Assembly: GCA_963814845.1 (NCBI GenBank)
Contig: CAWFEP010000001.1
Span: 82,932 to 146,931, forward strand
DNA from: an uncultured Actinomycetota bacterium
GTDB lineage: Bacteria > Actinomycetota > Actinomycetes > JAFAQI01
DNA length: 64,000 nucleotides
Direction of reading: 5' to 3'
In this document: positions 48,516-57,969 of the stretch, in pieces
Layout of the letters: each line of letters opens with the position of its first letter
How positions within the stretch are numbered: position 1 is the stretch's first letter
Notes under the pieces: model-generated
Databases searched by the model: none
Seen by the model: the letters and a program-made list of their open reading frames with translations, nothing else
Told to the model about the DNA's origin: nothing
Made by a program: the position numbers and the translations under genes

Positions 48516-49016
48516 ATGGCCTTCCCCGAGAGCGTCCTCGACAGCGACGAGGAGGTCGTACGCAACCTGCGGCCGCACTGGCGCCGCGTCGTCGTGCCGA
48601 TCGCGCTGTTGCCGATTGTGGTGGGTCTCGCGTCCTACGGCTGGTTCACGCTCCCGTCCGACAGCGCTCGCAAGTCGCTCCGCTACGTGATCCTGGTGGT
48701 CGCGGCGCTTCTCTTGCTGTGGTTGACGCTGCGGCCGTTGCTGTTCTGGTTGACGACGCGCTACGTCGTGACCAACCGGCGAGTCCTGATGCGCAACGGC
48801 GTGCTGTCACGTACCGGTCGGGATGTGCCGCTGACCCGGGTCAACGACGTCTCGTTCTCGCGCACGATCGTCGAGCGGTGTTTCGGCTCTGGCACCTTGA
48901 TCATCGAGTCGGCCGGTGACCGTGGCCAGGTCATGTTGCGAGACGTGCCGCGGGTCGAAGCCGTGCAGCGCGACATCTACCGGTTGGTTGAGGGCGAGGC
49001 GCAGCGGCTCCGCTAG
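48516..49016 (+). CDS. PH (bPH_2/YdbS-like) domain membrane protein
   Basis: 166 aa. It has two TM helices, then YVVTNRRVLMRNGVLSRTGRDVPLTRVNDVSFSRTIVERCFGSGTLIIES. Confidence 0.8.
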   Translation: MAFPESVLDSDEEVVRNLRPHWRRVVVPIALLPIVVGLASYGWFTLPSDSARKSLRYVILVVAALLLLWLTLRPLLFWLTTRYVVTNRRVLMRNGVLSRTGRDVPLTRVNDVSFSRTIVERCFGSGTLIIESAGDRGQVMLRDVPRVEAVQRDIYRLVEGEAQRLR

Positions 49017-49035
49017 CGCGTCGTCCAGCATGGAA

Positions 49036-49048
49036 CTATCATCGATAG
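49036..49048. promoter_or_regulatory. small palindrome CTATC-atc-GATAG just upstream of the GntR gene (candidate autoregulatory site)
   Basis: 5-bp arms, ending 5 nt upstream of the ATG at 49053. It is AT-rich relative to its surroundings. This is weak evidence only. Confidence 0.2.
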
Positions 49049-49052
49049 CACC

Positions 49053-49403
49053 ATGTTTGACGTCAACGTCGACCGGTCTGAGTCGCTGACCTTGCACGAA
49101 CAGGTGGCGGCGTCCATCCGCCGGGCGATCGCCGATGGCGAGGCGGGCCCGGGCGATCGCCTGCCGCCGGCGAGAGATCTCGCGGCCGTTCTGGGCGTCA
49201 ATGCGAACACCGTGCTGCGGGCCTTGCGGGTGCTGCGCGAGGAGGGGCTGGTGGAGTTCCGCCGCGGTCGCGGGGTCACCGTTACCGCTAGCTCGGGACA
49301 CACCACCGTCCTCGCCGCCACCCATGATCTGCTGCGGCTGGCAAAGCGGCATGGCTACCGGCGAGAGGAGCTTCTCGACATGATTGCTGCTCTGCCCACC
49401 TAG
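49053..49403 (+). CDS. GntR family transcriptional regulator (short, YhcF-like)
   Basis: 116 aa. LHEQVAASIRRAIADGEAGPGDRLPPARDLAAVLGVNANTVLRALRVLREEGLVEFRRGRGVTV is a GntR winged-HTH. Confidence 0.85.
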   Translation: MFDVNVDRSESLTLHEQVAASIRRAIADGEAGPGDRLPPARDLAAVLGVNANTVLRALRVLREEGLVEFRRGRGVTVTASSGHTTVLAATHDLLRLAKRHGYRREELLDMIAALPT

Positions 49404-49489
49404 TAGTACATGCACGGACAGAACCTTCTGGAGCCAAGATTCGTGGTGAGGATCAGCGAGTCGCGGCGGCGAAAGGGGTGAGTCACCGG

Positions 49490-51196
49490 ATGCGGTCAGC
49501 CGACGAGATCGACTTCACCGAGTTCGTCGCGGGCTCATCGCGTCACTTGCTGGGGCTCGCCTACCTGCTGACCTGGGATCCGCAGGTCGCCGGGGACCTT
49601 TTGCAAGTCGCCTTGGAACGCGCCTATCGGCGCTGGCCGTCGCTGAATCGCGAAGGGCTGCCCGAGGACTGCGTCCGTGAGGTGATGGTCAAGACCGCCA
49701 TCAAACATCGTGGCCGGCACGGGCCGAGCGCTGTTGTCGAGCTCGATGACGCGCAGGTGGGTGCCCCGGATGGATCTGACGAGGCAGCAGCACGGATCGC
49801 GCTGGTAGGTGGTGTTGTCGCAATGCCGGCGAACCAGCGCGCGGTGCTCGTCCTGCGCTACTTCGAGAGCCTCGGTGACGCTCAAGCGGCCGCCACCATG
49901 GGTGTGTCAGTCGGGGCAGTACGCAACCATTGCCACCGCGCGCTCCTGCAGCTGGCGACCGTCATTGCCGAGTCGCAGATCGGATGGGATGCGCTGTCGC
50001 CAGCGGGGCTCGAGCAGGTGTTGCGCGAGGTCTTCGACCTGGTCGGGACCTCAATGGTTGCGGCACCTGGACTCGTCGGGCCGGTCCGCCAGCGGGTTCG
50101 GGCCCAACGGCGGCGTACGAGCTGGGTGGCAGCGGTCGTCGTGCTCGTGCTCGGAGTCGCTGGTGCCGTGGTTGCCGGCTCTCGTTCAGCCAAGGCACCT
50201 GAGGCCGCGCCGAAACTGCCGCCGCCGAGATTTCGCGTCGAGGCCTTCAACGTCGAGTCGATGGCGATCGGCGGGAATCAGCTTTACGTCGCGATGAACG
50301 CATATCCACGCGGGCAGCTGACTGCGTACGACCGTACGACTGGTGCTCCGCTGCGCACCGTCGGCCTGCCGGCCGGCCCGAAGTCGGTCGTCGTCGGCTC
50401 CGACGGCACCGTGTGGGTGACGTTCTACCCGTCGAACGCGGGTCGCCGGGCCGGCGTCGCCGAGTTCTCTGCCGATCTGAGTCGGCGCTCCACGTTGCTC
50501 ACCGACGATCGCTATCTCGATGCCGACACCTTCGACGTTGTGCCGCTTGGCGACAACCGTGCTCTGCTCGCGACAGATCACGGTCTGGTGACCGTGGCGC
50601 TGCCCCGGCTCGACGGCCGCCGGATCGCCGAGGCGGGTCGCGGCAACGCCCATCTCGCCGTCCTGCCGAACCAACATGTTGGTGCTCCAACGCACCTCGC
50701 GGCGCTCAGCAACGGAAACATCGCGGCGCTGTTGAGCTCCGACGGCGGTCAGTCTCGGCTTGTGCTGCGACACGGCAGTGCCGAGTTCACCGGGACCGCG
50801 ATGACAGTTGCCGCCAGCCCGGATGGCCTGTGGGTGACGACGGGCGCCGGGCGACGAGCGGTGCTTCGGCGGTTGAGCACGTCACTCACGCCGCTACCGG
50901 TCGGCACGGCGGTTCGTACCGTCTCGTTGCCGGGGGGCGCGGACCGGGTGTGGACCAGTAACCGCACGGTCTGGATAGCCACGGACCGCCAGCGAATCAG
51001 CTTGGCGTGCTTCGCGTTCTCCAGCCCGAGCGACGAGCCAACCGCAACGGTCGCGCTGCCGGCCGCAGACTCGATGGAGGCCACCGACCCAGTCGTCACC
51101 GGGGACCTCACGATCGTGCCGAGCCCACAAGCGGTCTACGTCGCCAGCCCGTACGGCATCGACAGCTACCCCGTACCCGCCTCCTGCCGCTCCTAA
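49490..51196 (+). CDS. ECF (SigE-family) sigma factor fused to a TM helix and a ~330-aa extracytoplasmic repeat/propeller-like domain
   Basis: The N-terminal part (FTEFVAGSSRHLLGLAYLLTWDPQVAGDLLQVALERAYRRW, region 2; MPANQRAVLVLRYFESLGDAQAAATMGVSVGAVRNHCHRAL, region 4) is followed by RRRTSWVAAVVVLVLGVAGAVVAG (TM). A domain then follows with repeated hydrophobic-G-S/D-G-x-W/L-V strands (VVVGSDGTVWVTF, ASPDGLWVTT, RVWTSNRTVWIAT). The ATG at 49490 lies 11 nt after GGGG. The GTG at 49478 is also possible. Confidence 0.8.
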   Translation: MRSADEIDFTEFVAGSSRHLLGLAYLLTWDPQVAGDLLQVALERAYRRWPSLNREGLPEDCVREVMVKTAIKHRGRHGPSAVVELDDAQVGAPDGSDEAAARIALVGGVVAMPANQRAVLVLRYFESLGDAQAAATMGVSVGAVRNHCHRALLQLATVIAESQIGWDALSPAGLEQVLREVFDLVGTSMVAAPGLVGPVRQRVRAQRRRTSWVAAVVVLVLGVAGAVVAGSRSAKAPEAAPKLPPPRFRVEAFNVESMAIGGNQLYVAMNAYPRGQLTAYDRTTGAPLRTVGLPAGPKSVVVGSDGTVWVTFYPSNAGRRAGVAEFSADLSRRSTLLTDDRYLDADTFDVVPLGDNRALLATDHGLVTVALPRLDGRRIAEAGRGNAHLAVLPNQHVGAPTHLAALSNGNIAALLSSDGGQSRLVLRHGSAEFTGTAMTVAASPDGLWVTTGAGRRAVLRRLSTSLTPLPVGTAVRTVSLPGGADRVWTSNRTVWIATDRQRISLACFAFSSPSDEPTATVALPAADSMEATDPVVTGDLTIVPSPQAVYVASPYGIDSYPVPASCRS

Positions 51197-51335
51197 CTCG
51201 GCACGTTCGCGCGTCGGGGCGCAGGTCTGGGTGATCGATCACCGCAAGAATCGCGCGAAGCCCGGCAGGCGCGTAAGCCCCTAGGAGTGAGCGCTTTGGG
51301 GTTGGTTTGGCGGCACGCGCTTTCGGGTGTTTGTG

Positions 51336-53363
51336 TTAGGGGGCGAGCATTGCGGCGCGGAGTGGGTGAGCGCCCAACTCGCCGCGCAGGATTGCTACTG
51401 CACCTTTGCGGCGAGTGTTCCAGTGGCCGCGAAGCGTGCCGCTCGCTGCGGATCCCGACACCGAGTGGCCGGCATAGGTGACGCGCCGCAACGTGAGCTG
51501 GCAGGTGAGCGTGTGTCGGTAAGGCTGCCACGTCATCGTTCCGCTGACGGCGAGATCACGTTCGAGTCGGACCCGGTGGAGGTGGAAGGTGATCGTGCGG
51601 TCGCCGGTGTAGTGCCAGGTGCCGCCGTAGAGCCCGACCCCGTGCCCTGAGTAGTTGTTGTACCAACGGTCGATCAGGTCTGCGATCGTCTCTGCACCAG
51701 CGACAGCGGCGCGGCGGCCGAGAATGCCGACCTCGTTGCCCGGCTTGGGTGCGGCGGGCGCAAGCTTGGTGAACGACGTGCGATATCTCCCGAGCGCCCG
51801 GACCGGCGGCACTCGCCGCGCGCATCGCAGGTCAGCCTTGGTGAGCCGCTGGTTGGGATGAGCGACGAACACCCGCAGGATTGATGACGCGCATCCGTCG
51901 GTGTCGTCCTCGGCAGTCACGTGGAAGCTGTTCGCGATGATCACGTGCCGCGCCGTCGGGAACTCCGCGGTGACAAAGCCGGCTTCCTTGGGCGTCGTGA
52001 TCGAGTCGAGCTCGCCGGAAAGGACGAGCGTCGGCACAGCCGGGTAGTGCCCGGACGGTGGCTTCGGCGGTCCGGCGGTGTGACCGGGGGCCGGCGACGG
52101 CCACTTCAAGCACCAGTTGGCCTCTGCCCACACCGAATGCAGATATTCCTCGATCGTGAATGGCGCGTAGACGTTCGGGTGATCCTTGTGCTCCAGCTTG
52201 ATCGCTGCCTTGTACTCCTGCAGCCGCTTCGCCGGCGGGTCGGCCATGTTGTAGAGCTGCGGATAGTCCTCACAGCTGACCGCGGCGTCGAGCCCTTCGC
52301 TATATCCGGTCGGCGCCCCGTCGTAGGACGATGCATCCACGTTCTCGGCGACGAGGCGAAGCAACGGCTCGCGATCCCCGTGCAGGGCGGAGCGCAACGC
52401 CGCCGGGAACTCGCGGTAGTACTCCGGACCATACGTCGCACCGAATGCAACCGCGACGAGAGCTGCTCCGTTCACGACAGCGTGGTGTCTCACGCCGTCG
52501 GCGTCGTAGGCAATTCCGCGGTAGGGCGAGCGGCGAACCTGCTTGAGCACTCGCTTGAGCAGGCCGATCGGTGTGCCGCCAGCGGACGCGCAGGCCGGCG
52601 ATCGCTGGCACGCGGTGTTAAGCGAGAACCGCATCGCCGCAGTCTGGGTCGGATACCACTGGGTCTCGCCATAGGTCGGGTACGCGCTATCGAGCACGAT
52701 GCTGCGCACCTGGCTCGGATGGCGCCCGGCGAACACCTGGGTGTAGAAGGTGCCGTACGAGTCGCCGTAAAGCTCGACCTTCCCGAGTTTCAGCGCACTG
52801 ATCACGGCTGACTCGTCGTCGGCGGACAGCTGGCTGGTGTAGAGGTCGGCGTGGTCTCCGAGTTTGCGCGCGCATTTCTGCGCGGCGGTGTCATACGCAC
52901 CGTGGAGGTTCTGCAGGGAGGGGCAGTTGATCGCCTCGGATCGGCCCGTTCCGCGCTGGTCGAACAGCAGCAGATTGCGCCGACGGAGCAATGACCCGTA
53001 CATCGCGGCGTAGTCGACCGCGCTACCGGTCGTGCTGTAGCCGGGACCGCCCTCCTGCGGCACTACCGTGCCGAGGACCGGATCCTTGTGATCACTGGCC
53101 GGCAAGAAGGCGAAGCCGTCCGTGATATCGCCCTTGACAGTCCCGGTCGGATCCCACGGTCGCTTCAGCTGGCCGCACCAGGCGTGCGGCAAAACGTTGC
53201 ACCGGGTGAGCACCAACGAGCCGACTTGCTTGTGCGTCGCGGCCGAGGTCGAAGCCTGTCGCACCGAGCCATCGGCTGGTGCCGCGAGGACGGCCGGAAC
53301 GATCGCCGCAACAACCATTGCGGCACAGACGATGACTGCGCGTGCAGCGCGTACGGATCCCAC
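51336..53363 (-). CDS. secreted alpha/beta hydrolase (tripeptidyl-aminopeptidase / S33-like) with C-terminal extension
   Basis: 675 aa. It has a signal peptide (AVIVCAAMVVAAIVPAVLAAPADG), QEGGPGYS, LLLFDQRGTGRS and the nucleophile elbow LYGDSYGTFY. Confidence 0.8.
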   Translation of the reverse strand: MGSVRAARAVIVCAAMVVAAIVPAVLAAPADGSVRQASTSAATHKQVGSLVLTRCNVLPHAWCGQLKRPWDPTGTVKGDITDGFAFLPASDHKDPVLGTVVPQEGGPGYSTTGSAVDYAAMYGSLLRRRNLLLFDQRGTGRSEAINCPSLQNLHGAYDTAAQKCARKLGDHADLYTSQLSADDESAVISALKLGKVELYGDSYGTFYTQVFAGRHPSQVRSIVLDSAYPTYGETQWYPTQTAAMRFSLNTACQRSPACASAGGTPIGLLKRVLKQVRRSPYRGIAYDADGVRHHAVVNGAALVAVAFGATYGPEYYREFPAALRSALHGDREPLLRLVAENVDASSYDGAPTGYSEGLDAAVSCEDYPQLYNMADPPAKRLQEYKAAIKLEHKDHPNVYAPFTIEEYLHSVWAEANWCLKWPSPAPGHTAGPPKPPSGHYPAVPTLVLSGELDSITTPKEAGFVTAEFPTARHVIIANSFHVTAEDDTDGCASSILRVFVAHPNQRLTKADLRCARRVPPVRALGRYRTSFTKLAPAAPKPGNEVGILGRRAAVAGAETIADLIDRWYNNYSGHGVGLYGGTWHYTGDRTITFHLHRVRLERDLAVSGTMTWQPYRHTLTCQLTLRRVTYAGHSVSGSAASGTLRGHWNTRRKGAVAILRGELGAHPLRAAMLAP

Positions 53364-53410
53364 CGCGCCGACCTTAGTGATCTGAGCCAGAAGTCACTAG
53401 TCGCCGCTGC

Positions 53411-54127
53411 TCAGCGTTTGACCGCGCGAATGTGAAGGAACATCGGCATGCGGTGCCAGGGTCGGCTCGGATCGGGGTCGGTTGGCTCCGTGATCCGCTC
53501 AATCAAGAATCCAGCGTCGGACAGGGCAGCGGAGTACGCCTCGAGCGGGCGGTGCTCGCTGTGGAACGTCATCTCCAGACCGTCGCGGGCGCACCGGTCG
53601 GCAAACCGGTGCCGGTCGAACCACCCCGCAGTGATCACAAATCGTGGCGCATCGCCCGGCGATGCCTCCTCGAACCTGCCAACCGAGTTGACCGGATGCA
53701 CGATCGCCAACAAGAAGATGCCACCGGCGTGAAGCAGTCGGCCGGCCTCGTGGATCGCACTCTCGTAGGCATCGACGTCCTGCAGGCTCATGAAGGCGAT
53801 GGCGAGGTCGGCGCAGGCATCCCGGAACGGCAGTCGGGCGGCATCGGCGATGACCACTGGGCCGGGCGCGCCCGGGTGGGCCGCCGCGGCGCTCGCCATC
53901 GCGCTGGACCCGTCGATGGCCACGACGCGGTGACCGAGCGCTGCGAGGTCGCGTGAAACCCGGCCCTCGCCGCACCCGATATCGAGCGTGAGCTCACCGG
54001 GCGCAGGCACAAGTGAGAAGAACGCCTCGCGATGAAAGCGCCAGTAACTGTCGTGGCCCGGTGTGCGTGCCCACGTGATCCATTCGGGCGCGGCTTGGTC
54101 CCACGCATCGCGAAGAGTCACGCGCAC
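53411..54127 (-). CDS. class I SAM-dependent methyltransferase
   Basis: 238 aa with LTLDIGCGEGRVSRDL, VVAIDGS, ADLAIAFMSLQDV and LHAGGIFLLAIVHP. Confidence 0.85.
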   Translation of the reverse strand: MRVTLRDAWDQAAPEWITWARTPGHDSYWRFHREAFFSLVPAPGELTLDIGCGEGRVSRDLAALGHRVVAIDGSSAMASAAAAHPGAPGPVVIADAARLPFRDACADLAIAFMSLQDVDAYESAIHEAGRLLHAGGIFLLAIVHPVNSVGRFEEASPGDAPRFVITAGWFDRHRFADRCARDGLEMTFHSEHRPLEAYSAALSDAGFLIERITEPTDPDPSRPWHRMPMFLHIRAVKR

Positions 54128-54151
54128 CAGTCTGCCTGGCGTCGCGCGTCG

Positions 54152-55877
54152 ATGGCAGTTCTCCGCTTTGATGGGCGGATGCCAGGGCCGGGTCGGCTTC
54201 GCCTTCGTGACGAGCGTCTTCAGGTTGCGGCACTGGTCGCGCTCGAGCTTGCGACTTTGGCAGGTGCGACCGTCGCCGCCGCTTTGCGCAGCGGTGCTGG
54301 CACGTTCGTGGCGCTTCTCGTGAGCTACCTGGTGGAAGTTCTGATCCTGAGTCGCTCGACGCGGGTCGTGTCGCTGTTGCGGCGATCGGGTGCCGGCTCA
54401 CCGACCCGGATCGCGCTGCGCATGATCGCGGTGCTGCTGCTCGCTGCCCGCTGCTTGCGCTCATCGCTTGTCATCGACACCGCGATCGCCGCCATCGTGC
54501 TTGTCGGTGTCTCCGCTGGTCGCGGAGGCCCTCCGGGTGGTCGTCGCCCGCGCCCGGCGGCTTCCGTTGGTGACTGCCAACCTCGACCTCGGTGACTTCG
54601 TGGTGCCGCCCGCACCTCGTCCGATCCTGATGGATCCAAAGGGCGAGGACTCGTTTGTCGCCGTGCCCGCAGCCTTGGGGCTCTGGCTCGCAATGCATCA
54701 CGCCTCGACCGTTTATGCGATCGCCGGGCTTGTCGTGGCGTTCGTCATCGCGGCTCTGCCTGCGGCGTTGCTCGGCCGCCACGTCCTGACCCTCACGCGG
54801 GCAAACCTGCGCAGTCGGCTGACCGAGGCGGCGACAACCGCGATCGAAGCCCTCGCGCCCGAGGTGGTGCTCTACTTCGCCGCTACCGCCGAGGAGACCT
54901 ACCAGGCGCGGATGTGGTTCGGGCCGATCGAGCGACTCGGCCGTCCTGCCGTCGTCATCGTCCGCAGCTATGACGTGTTCGAGGCCCTGGGCGACGTCAC
55001 GTTGCCGGTGATCTGCAGTCCGTTCAACGGCACGATCGCCTCGATCCCCCTCCCGGACCGGGTGGTGACGTTGTTCGTCACGCACAGCGGCAACAACCTG
55101 TCGATGCTGCGTCGAGCCGAGGTGCGAAGCGTCTTCATTGGCCACGGCGACAGCGACAAGCCCGACAGCGTCAACCCCTTCGCGCGGGTCTACGACGAGG
55201 TGTGGGTCGCCGGGCGGCTGGGGCGGCGGCGCTATGAACAGGCCGGGGTCGGGGTTCAGGACCGGGCGATCGTCGAGGTTGGCCGGCCGCAGATCCCGCT
55301 GTCGCCTGGCTCGGCACCCGACGAGACGACAATTGTGTACGCACCTACATGGGAGGGGTGGGGCGATGACCCCCATCACAGCTCGCTCGCCCACATCGGT
55401 CCGGCCTTGATCGAGAACCTGATGGCCCGCTCCGACCTTCGGGTCCGCTACCGCCCGCACCCGTTGACCGGTCGGCGCAACCCGGCCGTGCGAGCCGCGC
55501 ACGAGCGGATCATGGCGATGATCGGCCGGGTGCCCCCCGACGAGCCGCTGGCGAGGACGTTCGCCGGAGCATCCGCGCTAGTCGGCGACGTCTCGAGCGT
55601 TACCAACGAATTCCTGCCGTATGACCGGCCGTACGCGGTTGCCGACACTCGCGGGCTCGGATCGACCGCGTTCGTCGCGCGCTTCCCGTCGGCGGTCGCC
55701 GGCTTCATCCTCGGGCAGGAGCTCGAACGGCTAGACGCCTTCGTTGCAGCGGCCCGAGGCGGGCCCGATCCCACCTCCACCGCCAGGGGCGATCTGCTTC
55801 TCGATGCACTCGGCGATCCGTCCACGTCACAACAGCGGTTCGCCGACGCCGTCGGTCACTTGCTGTCCGACGAATAG
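54152..55877 (+). pseudogene. TagF-like CDP-alditol/glycerol phosphotransferase with N-terminal TM domain (paralog 2), probable frameshift in the TM region
   Basis: The catalytic part is intact and collinear with 44122-45910 (SVFIGHGDSDKPDSVNPFARVYDEVWVAGRLGRRRY, IVYAPTWEGW, RVRYRPHPLTG, ALVGDVSSVTNEFLPYDRPY). The hydrophobic N-terminal domain (MAVLRF...LQVAALVALELATLAGATVAAAL...LVIDTAIAAIVLVGVS) is in the preceding frame. It joins near 54510 to PLVAEALRVVVARARRLPLVTANLDL, which aligns with paralog 1. The span length is 3n+1. Confidence 0.7.
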
Positions 55878-55887
55878 GCTTGTCGTT

Positions 55888-56802
55888 GTGAGTGACCTGC
55901 CGGCGACTATCAGCGTGCGCGAAGTCGGCCCTCGAGACGGCCTTCAAAATGAGTCGCCGGTCTCGACGGAAGCCAAGATCGAGCTGGTAGACGCCCTGTC
56001 AACCACTGGCGTACGCCGGATCGAGGCGGTCAGCTTCGTCAGCCCACGAGCGATCCCGCAGATGGCGGACGCCGACGAGGTGTGGCAACGGATTGCCCGC
56101 AACGATGATGTGCGCTACTCCGCGCTCGTGCCTAACCTCCGGGGTGCCCAGCGCGCACTGGACGCCGGGTTCCACGAGATTGAGGTTGTCGTCTCGGCGT
56201 CGGACACGCACAACCGCAAGAACATCAACCGCTCGACCGACGAGTCGCTCGACGACATCGCCGAGCTCGTCACCATCGCGCACGACCGCGGTACGTCGGT
56301 CCAGGTGATTGTTTCGACCGCGTGGGGCTGCCCGTACGAAGGTGATGTCCCGACCGAACGCGTCGTATCTGTCGCCAGTCGAGCAATGCGCGACGGCGCC
56401 GATGCCATCTCGTTCGGAGACACCACCGGGATGGCCACGCCCGGTCGCGTCACCCGGCTGATCGGTGAGTTTCGTTCTGCGCACCCCGACTCGGCCATCA
56501 ACTTGCATTTCCACAACACCCGCGGCGCCGGTTTGGCGAACGTGATGGCGGCGATGCAGCTTGGCGTCGCCGACTTCGACGCGAGTGTTGGTGGGCTCGG
56601 GGGTTGTCCGTACGCCCCTGGAGCCAGCGGCAATGTCGCGACCGAGGAACTGATTCATATGGTCGAGGACATGGGTGTCGACACCGGCATCAACCTTGAC
56701 GCGATGATCAACGCCGCGGCAACGGCAGAGCGCATCGTCGGTCGCACGTTGCCGAGCCAGGTCCTCCGCGCCGGGCCGCGCACTCGCACCACCGCCGCGT
56801 GA
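55888..56802 (+). CDS. hydroxymethylglutaryl-CoA lyase
   Basis: From the GTG at 55888: VSDLPATISVREVGPRDGLQNE, IEAVSFVSP, FGDTTGMATP, LHFHNTRGAGLANV and GGLGGCPYAPGASGNVATE. Confidence 0.9.
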   Translation: MSDLPATISVREVGPRDGLQNESPVSTEAKIELVDALSTTGVRRIEAVSFVSPRAIPQMADADEVWQRIARNDDVRYSALVPNLRGAQRALDAGFHEIEVVVSASDTHNRKNINRSTDESLDDIAELVTIAHDRGTSVQVIVSTAWGCPYEGDVPTERVVSVASRAMRDGADAISFGDTTGMATPGRVTRLIGEFRSAHPDSAINLHFHNTRGAGLANVMAAMQLGVADFDASVGGLGGCPYAPGASGNVATEELIHMVEDMGVDTGINLDAMINAAATAERIVGRTLPSQVLRAGPRTRTTAA

Positions 56803-57914
56803 CCACCCGGCTCACCACGGTCGTTTTCGACCTCGGCAACGTCTTGCTCGACTGGGATCCGCGACGGCTGTTTCGCGAACTGATCGACGACCCCGATGAG
56901 CTCGAGCACTTCATGACTTCGATCTGCAACCGGGCATGGCACGACGAGCAGGATCGCGGCCGGTCGACCGTTGAGGCCACGGCGGAGCTGCAGCAGCGGC
57001 ACCCGGAGCATGCCGACCTGATCGCTGCCTACTACGGCCGTTGGCCCGACATGACCGCAGGCGCGCTGCCCGCGACCGTCGACATCCTGCGCGAGTTGCG
57101 CGATGCCGGTGTCCGCCTGATCGGCCTGACCAACTGGCCCGCGCAGACCTTCCCGCCGGCGAGGGATCGGTTTGAGTTCTTCTCGTGGTTCGACGGCATC
57201 GTGGTGTCGGGCGAGGAGGGCATGGCGAAGCCCGACGAGGAGATCTTTACGTTGCTCCTTGACCGCTACGACGTCGATCCGTCGACGGCGGCATACGTGG
57301 ACGACACGAGCGTCCACGTCGAGACCGCGAGGCGGCTCGGCCTCACCGGCTTCGTTTTCTCCGACGCGGTGAGGTTGCGGAAGGACTTCGCAAGTGTCGG
57401 CCTGCCGGTCACCGCGCAGATCGAGGTACGGCCGGCTGTCATCGACGATCTCGAGGCGATCACCGCGATCTACAACCACTACGTTCTCCACAGCGCGGCG
57501 ACGTTCGACGTCACGGCGTTCGCGACCCATGAACGGCAGGGTTGGTTCGAGCATTACTCCGATGCCGGGCCGTATCGCCTGCTGGTCGCGACTCGCGGCG
57601 AGGAGGTTGTGGGCTACGCCACCAGCAGCCGGTTTCGGGCCAAGCCCGCTTACGACCCGACGGTAGAGGTCACCGTCTATCTCGCGCCCGATGCTGCTGG
57701 CAGAGGGGTCGGGACGCTGCTGTACCAGCAGCTGTTCGCCGAGCTGCGACGCGAGGAGGTGCATCGGGCGTTTGCGGCCATCGCCCAGCCGAATCCGGCA
57801 TCTGTCGCGTTGCATCGCCGCTTCGCCTTCAGCGAGGTCGGCACGCTGCACCAGGTCGGGCGCAAATTCGGAAAGTGGTGGGACGTGCTCTGGATGGAGC
57901 GCGCGTTGCCCTGA
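56799..57914 (+). CDS. fusion protein: HAD-superfamily hydrolase (N-terminal) + GNAT N-acetyltransferase of the phosphinothricin-acetyltransferase type (C-terminal)
   Basis: 371 aa. VVFDLGNVLLDW (DxG/D motif I), GLTNW and SGEEGMAKPDEEIF...YVDD form the HAD part. IEVRPAVIDDLEAITAIYNHYVLHSAATFD...VVGYATSSRFRAKPAYD.TVEVTVYLAPDAAGRGVGTLLY form the GNAT part. Confidence 0.8.
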   Translation: MTTRLTTVVFDLGNVLLDWDPRRLFRELIDDPDELEHFMTSICNRAWHDEQDRGRSTVEATAELQQRHPEHADLIAAYYGRWPDMTAGALPATVDILRELRDAGVRLIGLTNWPAQTFPPARDRFEFFSWFDGIVVSGEEGMAKPDEEIFTLLLDRYDVDPSTAAYVDDTSVHVETARRLGLTGFVFSDAVRLRKDFASVGLPVTAQIEVRPAVIDDLEAITAIYNHYVLHSAATFDVTAFATHERQGWFEHYSDAGPYRLLVATRGEEVVGYATSSRFRAKPAYDPTVEVTVYLAPDAAGRGVGTLLYQQLFAELRREEVHRAFAAIAQPNPASVALHRRFAFSEVGTLHQVGRKFGKWWDVLWMERALP

Positions 57915-57969
57915 CGGCTCGTCAGCCCTCAGGCGGAGAAACAACCGACGCGCCGGTAGCCTTCCGCTC

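Noticed and set aside
51230-51243. 14-bp perfect palindrome GGTGATCGATCACC between the convergent sigma-fusion and hydrolase genes
   Set aside because: It is short and isolated, has no loop so is a poor terminator, and I saw no second copy in the window. That is not enough to call a site.
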